DNA of 64,000 nucleotides from an uncultured Clostridia bacterium (GTDB lineage Bacteria; Bacillota; Clostridia; Christensenellales; UBA1242): NCBI GenBank assembly GCA_934778205.1, contig CAKVOD010000006.1, positions 23,050 to 87,049 of the forward strand, read 5' to 3'. Shown piece by piece: positions 1 to 9,405 of this stretch (position 1 is its first letter; each line of letters starts with the position of its first letter). The notes under the pieces were generated by a model. It saw only the letters and a program-made list of their open reading frames with translations, ran no database searches and was not told where the DNA came from. The position numbers and the translations under genes were made by a program.

Positions 1-120
1 GCCTCTTTTCTCCACACTAATTGAAATTTCAAACTACCTTGATTGTAGCATCGACAAACTTATCGGCAGAGCCAAATAAGCAATTGAAAAAGATTTGCTA
101 AATAGAACACAAAAAAAGCA

Positions 121-150
121 AAAAAAAACGGCGAAAATAGCCGTTTTTTG
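121..150. terminator. bidirectional intrinsic terminator
   Basis: The hairpin ACGGC-gaaaata-GCCGT is flanked by an A-run upstream and a T-run downstream. It lies just past the stop (154) of the minus-strand ATPase gene. Confidence 0.7.
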
Positions 151-153
151 TGT

Positions 154-1344
154 CTATAGTGTTTGTAAATCATTTAGTAGCAAAAAGTCTTTCAACTTTA
201 TGTGCCTAACAATACTAGTTGAATAATCAATTTCGTCATTTGTAATGAGAACTTTTTGCGCCAAATCATTCAGCCCAACAAATGCGGACATTTCGCGGTC
301 ATATGCTTTTGGCTCGGCAACACTATACGCAACTTGGATGTAATACTTCAAGTTACCCTTTTGTGCCACAAAGTCGATTTCCCGTCCGTTGTTGTCATAC
401 ACACTTATTGTATATCCCATATACAAAAGTTCGTTGTAAACGATATTTTCCAGATTGTGCGTCAAATCGAATCTATTGTCAATGCACCTAATTGAATTGA
501 ATGCGACATCTTCATTGTAAATTTTTTGGTAGAACTTCAATTCCTTTTTTGTCTTTGATGAATATTGATTGACTGATTCAATAATATATGCTTCTTTCAA
601 GTATTCAAGGTACTTCAAAATTGTATTGACCGAACAGTTTGCATATTCGTTTTTGATATAATCGTGAATGCTACGTATTGAGAATATACGCGCATTTGAC
701 TTCAAAACATAGTTTGTAAATTTTTTAAACAAGTCAACTTTTCGTATTTTGTAGCGGTTTATTAAGTCATTTATAACAATAGTATCATCCAAATCATACA
801 AATATGTTTTTTGCGCGTCCAAAGTGCCAAATTCAATGCGTTTTGGAAACCCACCCCAAATCAAATAGTCTAAAACATCTACCTTTTTGTTTAACTCCGT
901 CGCATATTCAGTAAGTTCTTTGAAAACAAAAGGACGAACTTTAAATGAAACGTAGCGCCCGCTAAGTTCTTTGACAAACTCACTTGACAAAAGTTTTGAG
1001 TTTGAACCCGTAATAAAAACTGAACAATCATTAAGTCGTAGCGTTTTGCAAGCGTCCTGCCAACCATCAAGATTTTGTATTTCATCAAAAAATAGATAGG
1101 TTTTCCCCTCTTTTTTATGTCTTTGCACGTATTCTATCAAGTCCATTGCATTATTGATGTCTGCAGTCACAATACGATTTTCAAAGTTAAGATAAATTAT
1201 ATTGTCACTCTTTTGTTTGATTTCATCAACAATTTGCTCTAATATTATAGATTTTCCACATCGACGAATGCCTGTAATGATTTTTATTAAATCAGAATCG
1301 TAAAATTCACGCACCTTTTCAATATAGTGTTCTCTTTTTATCAT
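154..1344 (-). CDS. AAA_14 / DUF4143-family ATPase (paralog 1)
   Basis: The ORF track gives 154..1356 from a GTG. The ATG at 1344 is preceded by GAGGGA. It has a P-loop GIRRCGKS near the N-terminus and a C-terminal EIDFVA...YYIQVAYS block. A clear paralog lies at 41274..42575. Confidence 0.85.
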   Translation of the reverse strand: MIKREHYIEKVREFYDSDLIKIITGIRRCGKSIILEQIVDEIKQKSDNIIYLNFENRIVTADINNAMDLIEYVQRHKKEGKTYLFFDEIQNLDGWQDACKTLRLNDCSVFITGSNSKLLSSEFVKELSGRYVSFKVRPFVFKELTEYATELNKKVDVLDYLIWGGFPKRIEFGTLDAQKTYLYDLDDTIVINDLINRYKIRKVDLFKKFTNYVLKSNARIFSIRSIHDYIKNEYANCSVNTILKYLEYLKEAYIIESVNQYSSKTKKELKFYQKIYNEDVAFNSIRCIDNRFDLTHNLENIVYNELLYMGYTISVYDNNGREIDFVAQKGNLKYYIQVAYSVAEPKAYDREMSAFVGLNDLAQKVLITNDEIDYSTSIVRHIKLKDFLLLNDLQTL

Positions 1345-1375
1345 ATTTTCCCTCACATACTGCTTATTTATGTTT

Positions 1376-1404
1376 ATTATACACTATATTATTGACAAAG
1401 TCAA
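1376..1404 (-). promoter_or_regulatory. sigma70-type promoter TTGACT-17-TATAAT
   Basis: Read on the minus strand, the -35 is at 1404..1399, the spacer is 17 nt and the -10 is at 1381..1376. This is about 30 nt upstream of the ATG at 1344. Confidence 0.65.
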
Positions 1405-1405
1405 C

Positions 1406-1501
1406 AAAATTGTTCAGTAGTACTGAACAATTTTACTAAATTGCGCATTTTTGTTCATTAGTACTGAACAATTTTTCGTTTCTTGTAAAATTGTTCAGTA
1501 G
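1406..1501. promoter_or_regulatory. array of 2.5 palindromic boxes (candidate operator)
   Basis: AAAATTGTTCAGTA-G-TACTGAACAATTTT at 1406..1434 is a perfect palindrome. A second copy at 1448..1476 has one mismatch, and a half-site lies at 1487..1501. Centres are 40-41 bp apart. Confidence 0.6.
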
Positions 1502-1522
1502 AAAAAATATAGGACAAAATAT

Positions 1523-1551
1523 TTGCATTGGAAAGTAAATTGTGCTATAAT
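1523..1551 (+). promoter_or_regulatory. sigma70-type promoter TTGCAT-17-TATAAT with TGn extension
   Basis: TTGCAT at 1523..1528, a 17-nt spacer ending in TGC, and TATAAT at 1546..1551. It lies upstream of the lipoprotein gene at 1674. Confidence 0.65.
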
Positions 1552-1673
1552 TGCACATAAAATATTGCGATACTATGCTAAATCGAATTAACACAAACAT
1601 CTAATGTTTGTCAAATTCATTTTGCATACATATTAACAAGCATTATGAAGAACAATATAATAGGAGAAGCATT

Positions 1674-2753
1674 ATGAACAAAATTCAAAGTATTTTAATA
1701 GCAATCGTTGCAGTTGTTTGCGCACTCGCTTTCGTTGGTTGTGGCGACGATAAACCACCTGAAGAAACTAAATATAAAATCACACTCACACAATCAAATG
1801 ACTATACGCTCACGTCAAATATGACTGAAGGCGTGTTTGGAGATACAGTCACAATTAATGTTGAACTCAAAAATTTTGAAAAGAAACTAACTGCTGTAAC
1901 TTATCGCAGTGAAACCAAAACGGACAGAGCAATCCGACAAAGTGACACAACATTTGCATTTATTCTCACAAAAGATGTAACAGTTTCAGCAGTTCTTGAA
2001 GATTATGTCGAAGTTCTTGCAACCGATTCTTCTTCACGCCCTTTTGCGACGTTCTCGTCTTCTAACACAAAAACACTTGTTCCAAACAGCGGTAGCGTCG
2101 GTTTGTATATTCCGCTAAACGCATCATATATGACAATTTTAAATTATAAAATTACTTCATCAAACCAAAGCGTCATTCCAAACGATGCGTTCACTCTAAA
2201 CAATCGTTTTCAAAGCCAAAGCAATATCATCATTGGTACAAACCTTGTTATTGATACGACAAAAATACACATCGGCACAACGTGGATAATAATTGATTTA
2301 AGTAACGGCAACACCACATCGCAAAAAGGTTCGCTAGTTGTAAAACTCACTGTTGCTGAATCAATCGACGTTGAAACGTGGACAGAAACAGTCATCTTTG
2401 ATACAAGCAATTTGCCAACAGAATATAAAAATCAAGAAACCAACTTTTACATCGCATTCTTAGACCAAGACTATATAACCGGTATGAACGTACAAGATTT
2501 TATTAAATTTGAAAATCAAAAAATCAACAACGGCAAAATTTCAATCACTTTGACATATGCCGTTGGGCACAAATATTATGTTTCATTTGGTGCTCCTGAC
2601 AAGGAAAACCCTGAAAAAAACGTATGGTTCACTTTACTTGAGTCCGTTGGCAATGGCTCAACATCAACGGGCTTCAATCAATATAAAAATGGCAATCTTT
2701 CATTCATACAAAAGGATTCCACTTTGACAATCATTGCTACTTACAACAAATAA
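1674..2753 (+). CDS. lipoprotein, function unknown
   Basis: The ORF track gives 1608..2753. An internal ATG at 1674 is preceded by GGAG. The N-terminus MNKIQSILIAIVAVVCALAFVGCG carries a lipobox (LAFVGC). Confidence 0.8.
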   Translation: MNKIQSILIAIVAVVCALAFVGCGDDKPPEETKYKITLTQSNDYTLTSNMTEGVFGDTVTINVELKNFEKKLTAVTYRSETKTDRAIRQSDTTFAFILTKDVTVSAVLEDYVEVLATDSSSRPFATFSSSNTKTLVPNSGSVGLYIPLNASYMTILNYKITSSNQSVIPNDAFTLNNRFQSQSNIIIGTNLVIDTTKIHIGTTWIIIDLSNGNTTSQKGSLVVKLTVAESIDVETWTETVIFDTSNLPTEYKNQETNFYIAFLDQDYITGMNVQDFIKFENQKINNGKISITLTYAVGHKYYVSFGAPDKENPEKNVWFTLLESVGNGSTSTGFNQYKNGNLSFIQKDSTLTIIATYNK

Positions 2754-2760
2754 GTGCAAC

Positions 2761-2803
2761 AAAAAAACGATTTATCGCAAATCTCGCGGTAAACCGTTTT
2801 TTA
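2761..2803. terminator. bidirectional terminator between convergent genes
   Basis: An imperfect hairpin AAAACGATTTATCGC / GCGGTAAACCGTTTT has an A-run before it and a T-run after it. Confidence 0.55.
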
Positions 2804-4105
2804 TTTATTTTCAATTATTTTTTTAGTTTTTTGAGTTGTTGTCGATTTTTTTTCAGTCGGCTTTTTAGTCTTTGCTGTTGTTGTTTTGATTGCCTTTGCG
2901 ACTTCTTTTTCGCCTACTTCAGTTTTTGCGTCCGCTTTTTTTGTTGTTTTTTTAACCGTTTTCTTTGGCTCAACTTCTGTGCTTGTTGTTTCTCTTTTCG
3001 CAACAGTTTTTGAAACTTTCTTTTGTGCGACATCGTTTGTCTTTGTAGTTGTTTCTTTTTTCGTTGCGGTATTTTTCGTTGACTCTTTTATTTCTTCTTT
3101 TTGAGCAACTGCTTTTGCTGATTTTTTTGCAGGCGCTTTTTCATTGACTACCTTTTTTGTCACAGTTTTGCGCGCGGTTGCAGTCTTTTTAGGTGTAGTT
3201 TCGGTCTTTTGCGCCGTTTGCAAAATATCTGCTTTTTTGTCAAAAACACATTCTTTGTGATATTCTTGCACTGCGTTATAAATGCGCCCTTGTTCATCTA
3301 CATTATGTAAAATGCCAATTTTGACACGCGCGGTTGCATTGACAAGCAACGCTATGAACACAAATTCAAAGATAAGCCCAAATATGATGACAATTGTCCA
3401 AAACCAAATCGGCGCGTGCAAAGCACCCGCAAGCGCAAACGCGGTTATCATCGCTAATAGCGTTACGACAGCGCCAACTGCGCCAAGCCAAAAATCGAGT
3501 TTTGGTGTGCCTTTTGTTTCAAAATTTTCAATTTTATGTTCGATATTGAATACCGCCGTATTGTAATCAAGCGGTGCATACATAGTTCTAATTCGGTGCG
3601 CCAAATCTTGCTCAGTTTTCATTTTGTCGATTATTTTTTTGTCGAGCAATTGTGCGTCTTTCAAAATGCCAATGCTGAAAATATCTCCAAACATAAACAA
3701 GAAAATGTTGTAAATTTTGAGACGCAACTTTGTGATGAACTGCCCAAACTTGCCGTGCTTGCGCCTCAAGCAAACAACATCTTTGCCTGCACGCCATTCT
3801 TTGACCATTTCGTCCATAAGTTCAGGGTCATAATCGGGCGTCATAATAATTGTAGCATCGCCACCAGCCCTATCCACACCCGCCATTACGACTTGCTGAT
3901 AATCATCACTTTCACGCACCGCGATTATGTGCACCTTGTCTTTCAAGCGTTCGTGCAGTTTTTCGACCAACTCAAACTCTTGATTCGTCGATACAATAAT
4001 TTCGTGTTCGTCAGCAATTTTTTGCGCACGCGCGTCCACTTCGTCGATAAATGAATAGATGTTTTCCGCGTGATTAAATAATGGCACAACAACTGATAAT
4101 TTCAT
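2801..4105 (-). CDS. GT2-like glycosyltransferase membrane protein with long Lys/Thr/Ala-rich C-terminal tail
   Basis: The ATG at 4105 is preceded by AAGGAG. MKLSVVVPLFNHAENI and GGDATIIMTPDYD resemble a GT-A/GT2 fold. Hydrophobic segments follow, then about 140 aa of K/T/A-rich low complexity. Confidence 0.6.
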   Translation of the reverse strand: MKLSVVVPLFNHAENIYSFIDEVDARAQKIADEHEIIVSTNQEFELVEKLHERLKDKVHIIAVRESDDYQQVVMAGVDRAGGDATIIMTPDYDPELMDEMVKEWRAGKDVVCLRRKHGKFGQFITKLRLKIYNIFLFMFGDIFSIGILKDAQLLDKKIIDKMKTEQDLAHRIRTMYAPLDYNTAVFNIEHKIENFETKGTPKLDFWLGAVGAVVTLLAMITAFALAGALHAPIWFWTIVIIFGLIFEFVFIALLVNATARVKIGILHNVDEQGRIYNAVQEYHKECVFDKKADILQTAQKTETTPKKTATARKTVTKKVVNEKAPAKKSAKAVAQKEEIKESTKNTATKKETTTKTNDVAQKKVSKTVAKRETTSTEVEPKKTVKKTTKKADAKTEVGEKEVAKAIKTTTAKTKKPTEKKSTTTQKTKKIIENK

Positions 4106-4363
4106 TTTTTCTCCTTCATCGACATTCGACAACAATCTAACTAAAACAATATAATATATTGTTCTGAATGTAGTTTTATTATACAATAAATTGAAAAAAA
4201 ATGCAATTATTTGACGACACCTTATCAAATAAACTGCATTAAATAATGAATTATTAACTCACAAAGCAATCTGCATAATGATTAATAACAACCTTTAGTT
4301 TAAAGCATTTTAAAAAAATGTAAATAATATAAGTAGAATTACAAAAAATAAGTCAACAGTGCA

Positions 4364-5233
4364 CTACACAATTATTATATTATTATAACTATTTATAACC
4401 TTTACCTTAGCACTAATCGCCACCTCTCCAGATACCTTGACAACAGCGCTTTTGTTGACCAAACTATCTGCATTTGTCCATTCAATTTCCCAAAGATATG
4501 GAACAGCAAGCGAAATGCGGACTGTTGTGATATCGACAAAATCAATTTTAATAGGCGCAGATGTGGCGCTTTGAACAACTGCAGTTGTACTCAAAATTTC
4601 GTTTGTGTCATTATCAAACACGTAAAGCGGAATTGAACTTCCTTGATACTGTATGTTCTCAAAATTAATTGTCAATTCCAAACTATTTTGTGTTTGAAGT
4701 TTGACGACATCTACAAACAATATATAGGCATCATCAGTATTTTTTGGATAAGGTCCACTTGAAAAATCACTGGGTGTATAACCGCTCATTGTATAATTCG
4801 TGTTTGAATATGTTTTTTCCACTCCGCCAATCGTCGCTTTCATCTGCACTTTCCCACATATATTTTCAAGGATTGCAATCGGTAAATCTACTTGCGCAGT
4901 ACTTATACTTGGATTTCCATCATACGTTTGAAATCCAACATTTTTGCATATATATCTTGCAAAATCACTTTGATAATAAGCCGCACTTTCGCAATCATTC
5001 CAACCAGCAGATTTCAAAGTAGAAAAATCCGCATCAGTAAGCCCTAATTCATTCGTTTTAATCACAATATCATAATAATGATTACCAGTTGGCACAGCGT
5101 CTGTGTTTTGCGTAAAAATAGTTATACACAATTGTGAAATCGATATGACCAAAAGAAACCATAATGCAAACATTATGGCAAATATTTTTTTGCTATTTGA
5201 TTTTGTATTTACTTTGTATTGTAGATTTTCCAT
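4364..5233 (-). CDS. variable membrane-anchored surface protein, family member 1 (short form from internal SD-ATG; a long form to ATG 5459 needs a 1-nt tract change)
   Basis: The ORF track gives 4364..5362 from a TTG. GAAGGAG lies 8 nt before the ATG at 5233, followed by MENLQYKVNTKSNSKKIFAIMFALWFLLVISIS (basic n-region plus TM). The 5' 350 bp are near-identical to the 6914..8216 locus. Confidence 0.75.
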   Translation of the reverse strand: MENLQYKVNTKSNSKKIFAIMFALWFLLVISISQLCITIFTQNTDAVPTGNHYYDIVIKTNELGLTDADFSTLKSAGWNDCESAAYYQSDFARYICKNVGFQTYDGNPSISTAQVDLPIAILENICGKVQMKATIGGVEKTYSNTNYTMSGYTPSDFSSGPYPKNTDDAYILFVDVVKLQTQNSLELTINFENIQYQGSSIPLYVFDNDTNEILSTTAVVQSATSAPIKIDFVDITTVRISLAVPYLWEIEWTNADSLVNKSAVVKVSGEVAISAKVKVINSYNNIIIV

Positions 5234-5422
5234 ATTACATACTCCTTCTGCACATTTTTTATTCTTAGCAAAATTAGTATTAGTAATACGTACATTTTTT
5301 ATTATATTTTTTTGAATAGAACTATTTTTTATGTTTTTACAATTTGTGCAAGTATCTTGCAAATTTCGACAGTATTCTTCGTATTTTTGAGGGGTTATAC
5401 TATCATTTTTTGCATCATTATA

Positions 5423-5435
5423 CCCCCCCCCCCCC
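5423..5435 (-). repeat. homopolymeric G13 tract (C13 on + strand)
   Basis: Counted directly as 8 + 5 C between ...tta ta and tagca. It lies 8 codons downstream of the SD-linked ATG at 5459. Confidence 0.9.
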
Positions 5436-5496
5436 TAGCAATTTTGTTCTAAAAATCATAATGTTTTATCTCCTTATTCTTTGATTTTTCACGTCT

Positions 5497-5525
5497 ATTT
5501 TACCACAAATAATAAATAATATCAA
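5497..5525 (-). promoter_or_regulatory. promoter TTGATA-17-TGGTAAAAT (extended -10)
   Basis: On the minus strand the -35 is at 5525..5520 and the -10 TAAAAT at 5502..5497 with TG at 5505..5504. This is 38 nt upstream of the ATG at 5459, which has AAGGAG 10 nt before it. Confidence 0.6.
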
Positions 5526-5544
5526 ATGTTTTTACCATATTTTT

Positions 5545-6696
<1,152 letters not shown>

Positions 6697-6913
6697 TTAC
6701 TTGTATATCAATATTTTTTTGATAATAACTTTTGTAAATTATTATATCAAAAACGCACACAAATTTCAAGTATTATTTATGTATCTATTATAACTTAAGA
6801 TATAACTACACATATTATCTATCATCTACGCGTATTCATTGGCACAAAATAGTGGCAGTAACACAATTTAATAACAAAATCTTTAAAAATTAGACTTTCT
6901 ACTGTGCCATATC

Positions 6914-7924
6914 TCACAATATCACGACGTTATTAGAAGTTCCACCACCACTAAAAGACAATGTGAATGTGTTTATGACAGCATCGGTTGTCGGGTCTTG
7001 CACCGTATAAGTGTACTTGCACCCCGAAAGTTCGCCACTGCCCGTCGCTGTAATCGACCACATATATGGCTTGCTGATTAAAAGTTCAAAAGTATCTCCA
7101 ATCTTTTGATTAGGTATAATAATATTCCCATTATTTGCTTGAGCAAATTGTGCTATCATAGCACCATTTTTTTGTAAATACACAATGACGCCACTATTGT
7201 TTGCCCCCTGCACTGCAATGTTGATTGTCACATCTGCATTCGTCGGCCCCATATCTGCCCACTCCGCTTTCAATAAGTATCCATAATATGAAGTCGCATC
7301 TCCACTATTAAGTTTAAAAATCATATTACTGCTTATTGCCCCAGTAGAAGTAAATTCACAAGTAGTTGATGTCGACGTTATTTTTGCATTGTTGGATTCA
7401 CTTGCAGTTGGATAGGCTATTGAAAACCCCATAAATTTTTTGTCAACACCAAAGTCAGCGCCACTAAAAACTTTATAAATATTATCTAGTGTTACGCTTG
7501 ATACTATAAAACCAGAATCTAAGTACGAGGTTGACTTTAGCGTTAAATCAACTACATTATCGGAAATACTAGTATATTTATTATATTTATTCGAGTTTAC
7601 GTCAAACAAAGATGCAGAACCATTAATTTTAGTAATTGAAGAACTTGAGCCAGTATAATAACTGCCAGACCAAGCAATACTACTTAGCTTTGAAAGAGTA
7701 TTTTCACCTATATCGCTATCATCTAAATTTAAATCTATATAAACCCCCATTCTCACACCATCAGGGGATGGTGCCGCAAAAGTAGCATCCTTATCATTAA
7801 AATTATAACAAAATAGTGATACTCCCATAAATAATGCTAACGCAAAAAACCATAATGCAAACATTATGGCAAATAATTTTTTGCTATTTGATTTTGTATA
7901 TAGTTTGTATCGTTGACTTTCCAT
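6914..7924 (-). CDS. variable membrane-anchored surface protein, family member 2 (short form; long form to ATG 8150 needs a 1-nt tract change)
   Basis: The ORF track gives 6914..8053. An internal ATG at 7924 is followed by MESQRYKLYTKSNSKKLFAIMFALWFFALALF. The N-terminal 75 aa are nearly identical to member 1 and the ectodomain has diverged. Confidence 0.75.
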   Translation of the reverse strand: MESQRYKLYTKSNSKKLFAIMFALWFFALALFMGVSLFCYNFNDKDATFAAPSPDGVRMGVYIDLNLDDSDIGENTLSKLSSIAWSGSYYTGSSSSITKINGSASLFDVNSNKYNKYTSISDNVVDLTLKSTSYLDSGFIVSSVTLDNIYKVFSGADFGVDKKFMGFSIAYPTASESNNAKITSTSTTCEFTSTGAISSNMIFKLNSGDATSYYGYLLKAEWADMGPTNADVTINIAVQGANNSGVIVYLQKNGAMIAQFAQANNGNIIIPNQKIGDTFELLISKPYMWSITATGSGELSGCKYTYTVQDPTTDAVINTFTLSFSGGGTSNNVVIL

Positions 7925-8113
7925 ATTACATACACCCTCTGCACATTTTTTATTCTCAGCAAAATTAGTATTAGTAATATGTACATTTTTTATTATATTT
8001 TTTTGAATAGAACTATTTTTTATGTTTTTACAATTTGTGCAAGTATCTTGCAAATTTCGACAGTATTCTTCATTCTTTTGAGGGGTTATACTGTCATTTT
8101 TTGCATCATTATA

Positions 8114-8126
8114 CCCCCCCCCCCCC
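8114..8126 (-). repeat. homopolymeric G13 tract (C13 on + strand)
   Basis: Counted as 7 + 6 C. It lies 8 codons after the ATG at 8150 (ATG ATT TTT AGA ACA AAA GTG CTA). Confidence 0.9.
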
Positions 8127-8187
8127 TAGCACTTTTGTTCTAAAAATCATAATATTTGTTCTCCTTGTTCCTTGATTTTTCACATTT

Positions 8188-8216
8188 ATTTTACCACAAA
8201 TGGCGCAAAATACCAA
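8188..8216 (-). promoter_or_regulatory. promoter TTGGTA-17-TGGTAAAAT
   Basis: It has the same architecture and the same distance (38 nt) to its ATG as locus 1. Confidence 0.55.
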
Positions 8217-8248
8217 ATGTTTTTGCGATGTTTTAACATTTTGTATGC

Positions 8249-9184
8249 CTATTCGGCTTTGTTTGAACTGCAAAGGACATTGCGCATTTTGTATTTGACA
8301 AGTTCCTTTACATCGTCGCGCGCAGGTTGCAAATAGTCGCGTGGCGAAAACTTTTCGGGGTGTTCTACCAACGTTTTACGGACACTTGCCGTGAATGCGA
8401 CGCGCAAGTCGGTGTCACAATTCACTTTGCAAACATTAGTCATTTGGCTCGCCTGCTTCAAAAGTTCTTCAGGAACACCTTTCGCTCCCGTCATCACGCC
8501 ACCGTATTTTGTGATTTGCGCAATTAGTTCTTGCGGAACACTACTTGCACCGTGCAAAACAATAGGATATCCTCTCAATCGTTCTTCGATTTGATGCAAA
8601 ATGTCAAATCTCAATTTTGCCTCGCCTTTGAACTTGTACGCACCGTGACTTGTTCCAATAGCAACTGCCAATGAATCAACACCTGTTGTATTGACAAAAT
8701 ATTGCGCCTCTTGCGGGTCGGTGTACATTGCGTCCGCGTTTTTCACTTTGACATCATCTTCAATACCCGCAAGTCGCCCGAGTTCGCCCTCAACAGATGC
8801 GTCGTATTTATGGCAAATTTCAACAACTTTGGAAGTTAGTTCAATGTTTTCATTAAAAGGTTTGCTACTGCCGTCAATCATAATCGAATTGAAACCAATA
8901 TCAAGCGCGGATTGAACTGCATCAATCGTCTTGCCGTGGTCAAGGTGCAAAGCGATAGGAACGCTCGCATCTTCCATAACCGCTTGAATCAGCCTACGCA
9001 AAAATTGTGGCGACACAATTTTAAACGCTGATTCACTGACCGCCAAAATGACAGGCGACTTTTCTTCATTTGCAGCATCGACAATTGCGCGCAACATTGT
9101 CATATTAGAAAAATTGAACGCGCCAATTGCATAATTGCCAAGTAGCGCATTTTTTAGCATTGTTCTTTCCGAATGTAAATTCAT
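8249..9184 (-). CDS. fba: class II fructose-1,6-bisphosphate aldolase
   Basis: Motifs HLDHG and AIGTSHGAYKFKG, 311 aa, with GGAG 9 nt upstream of the ATG. Confidence 0.9.
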   Translation of the reverse strand: MNLHSERTMLKNALLGNYAIGAFNFSNMTMLRAIVDAANEEKSPVILAVSESAFKIVSPQFLRRLIQAVMEDASVPIALHLDHGKTIDAVQSALDIGFNSIMIDGSSKPFNENIELTSKVVEICHKYDASVEGELGRLAGIEDDVKVKNADAMYTDPQEAQYFVNTTGVDSLAVAIGTSHGAYKFKGEAKLRFDILHQIEERLRGYPIVLHGASSVPQELIAQITKYGGVMTGAKGVPEELLKQASQMTNVCKVNCDTDLRVAFTASVRKTLVEHPEKFSPRDYLQPARDDVKELVKYKMRNVLCSSNKAE

Positions 9185-9340
9185 ATCTTCATCTCCATTT
9201 TTGATATTGGTTTGTTAAATTGATTGCATCTTTTGTTTTAGACGCTACAAACAACTTAATTCCCCTATTTCTACGATTATTATACCAAACTGCGCCTCAA
9301 AACACAAATGTTTTTATTAAAAACATTAATGATATATAGA

Positions 9341-9372
9341 AAAAAGCGCACATTTTTTGTGTGCGCCTTTTT
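9341..9372 (-). terminator. intrinsic terminator of the 9406..10077 gene
   Basis: On the minus strand the hairpin GGCGCACA-caaaaaa-TGTGCGC is followed by a T-run. Confidence 0.7.
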
Positions 9373-9405
9373 GATTAAGTCTGGTGTTTAGTCAACCCCT
9401 AACAA

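Noticed and set aside
1406-1434. LexA (Cheo) box upstream of the ATPase, considered because dinD and addAB are in the window.
   Set aside because: The palindrome is GTTC-N9-GAAC within TTGTTCAGTA-G-TACTGAACAA. That is not the GAAC-N4-GTTC arrangement of Firmicutes SOS boxes.
5417-5441. Poly(G) as a promoter-spacer switch: TTGCTA-G13-TATAAT (and GTGCTA-G13-TATAAT / TATACT at the other loci).
   Set aside because: A 13-nt spacer is far from the 16-18 nt needed. A better promoter (-35, 17 nt, extended -10) plus a strong SD and ATG lie just upstream. The region after the tract is an open frame of 46-75 codons at all four loci. The tract is therefore better explained as lying inside a coding region. 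I cannot fully exclude a transcriptional role.
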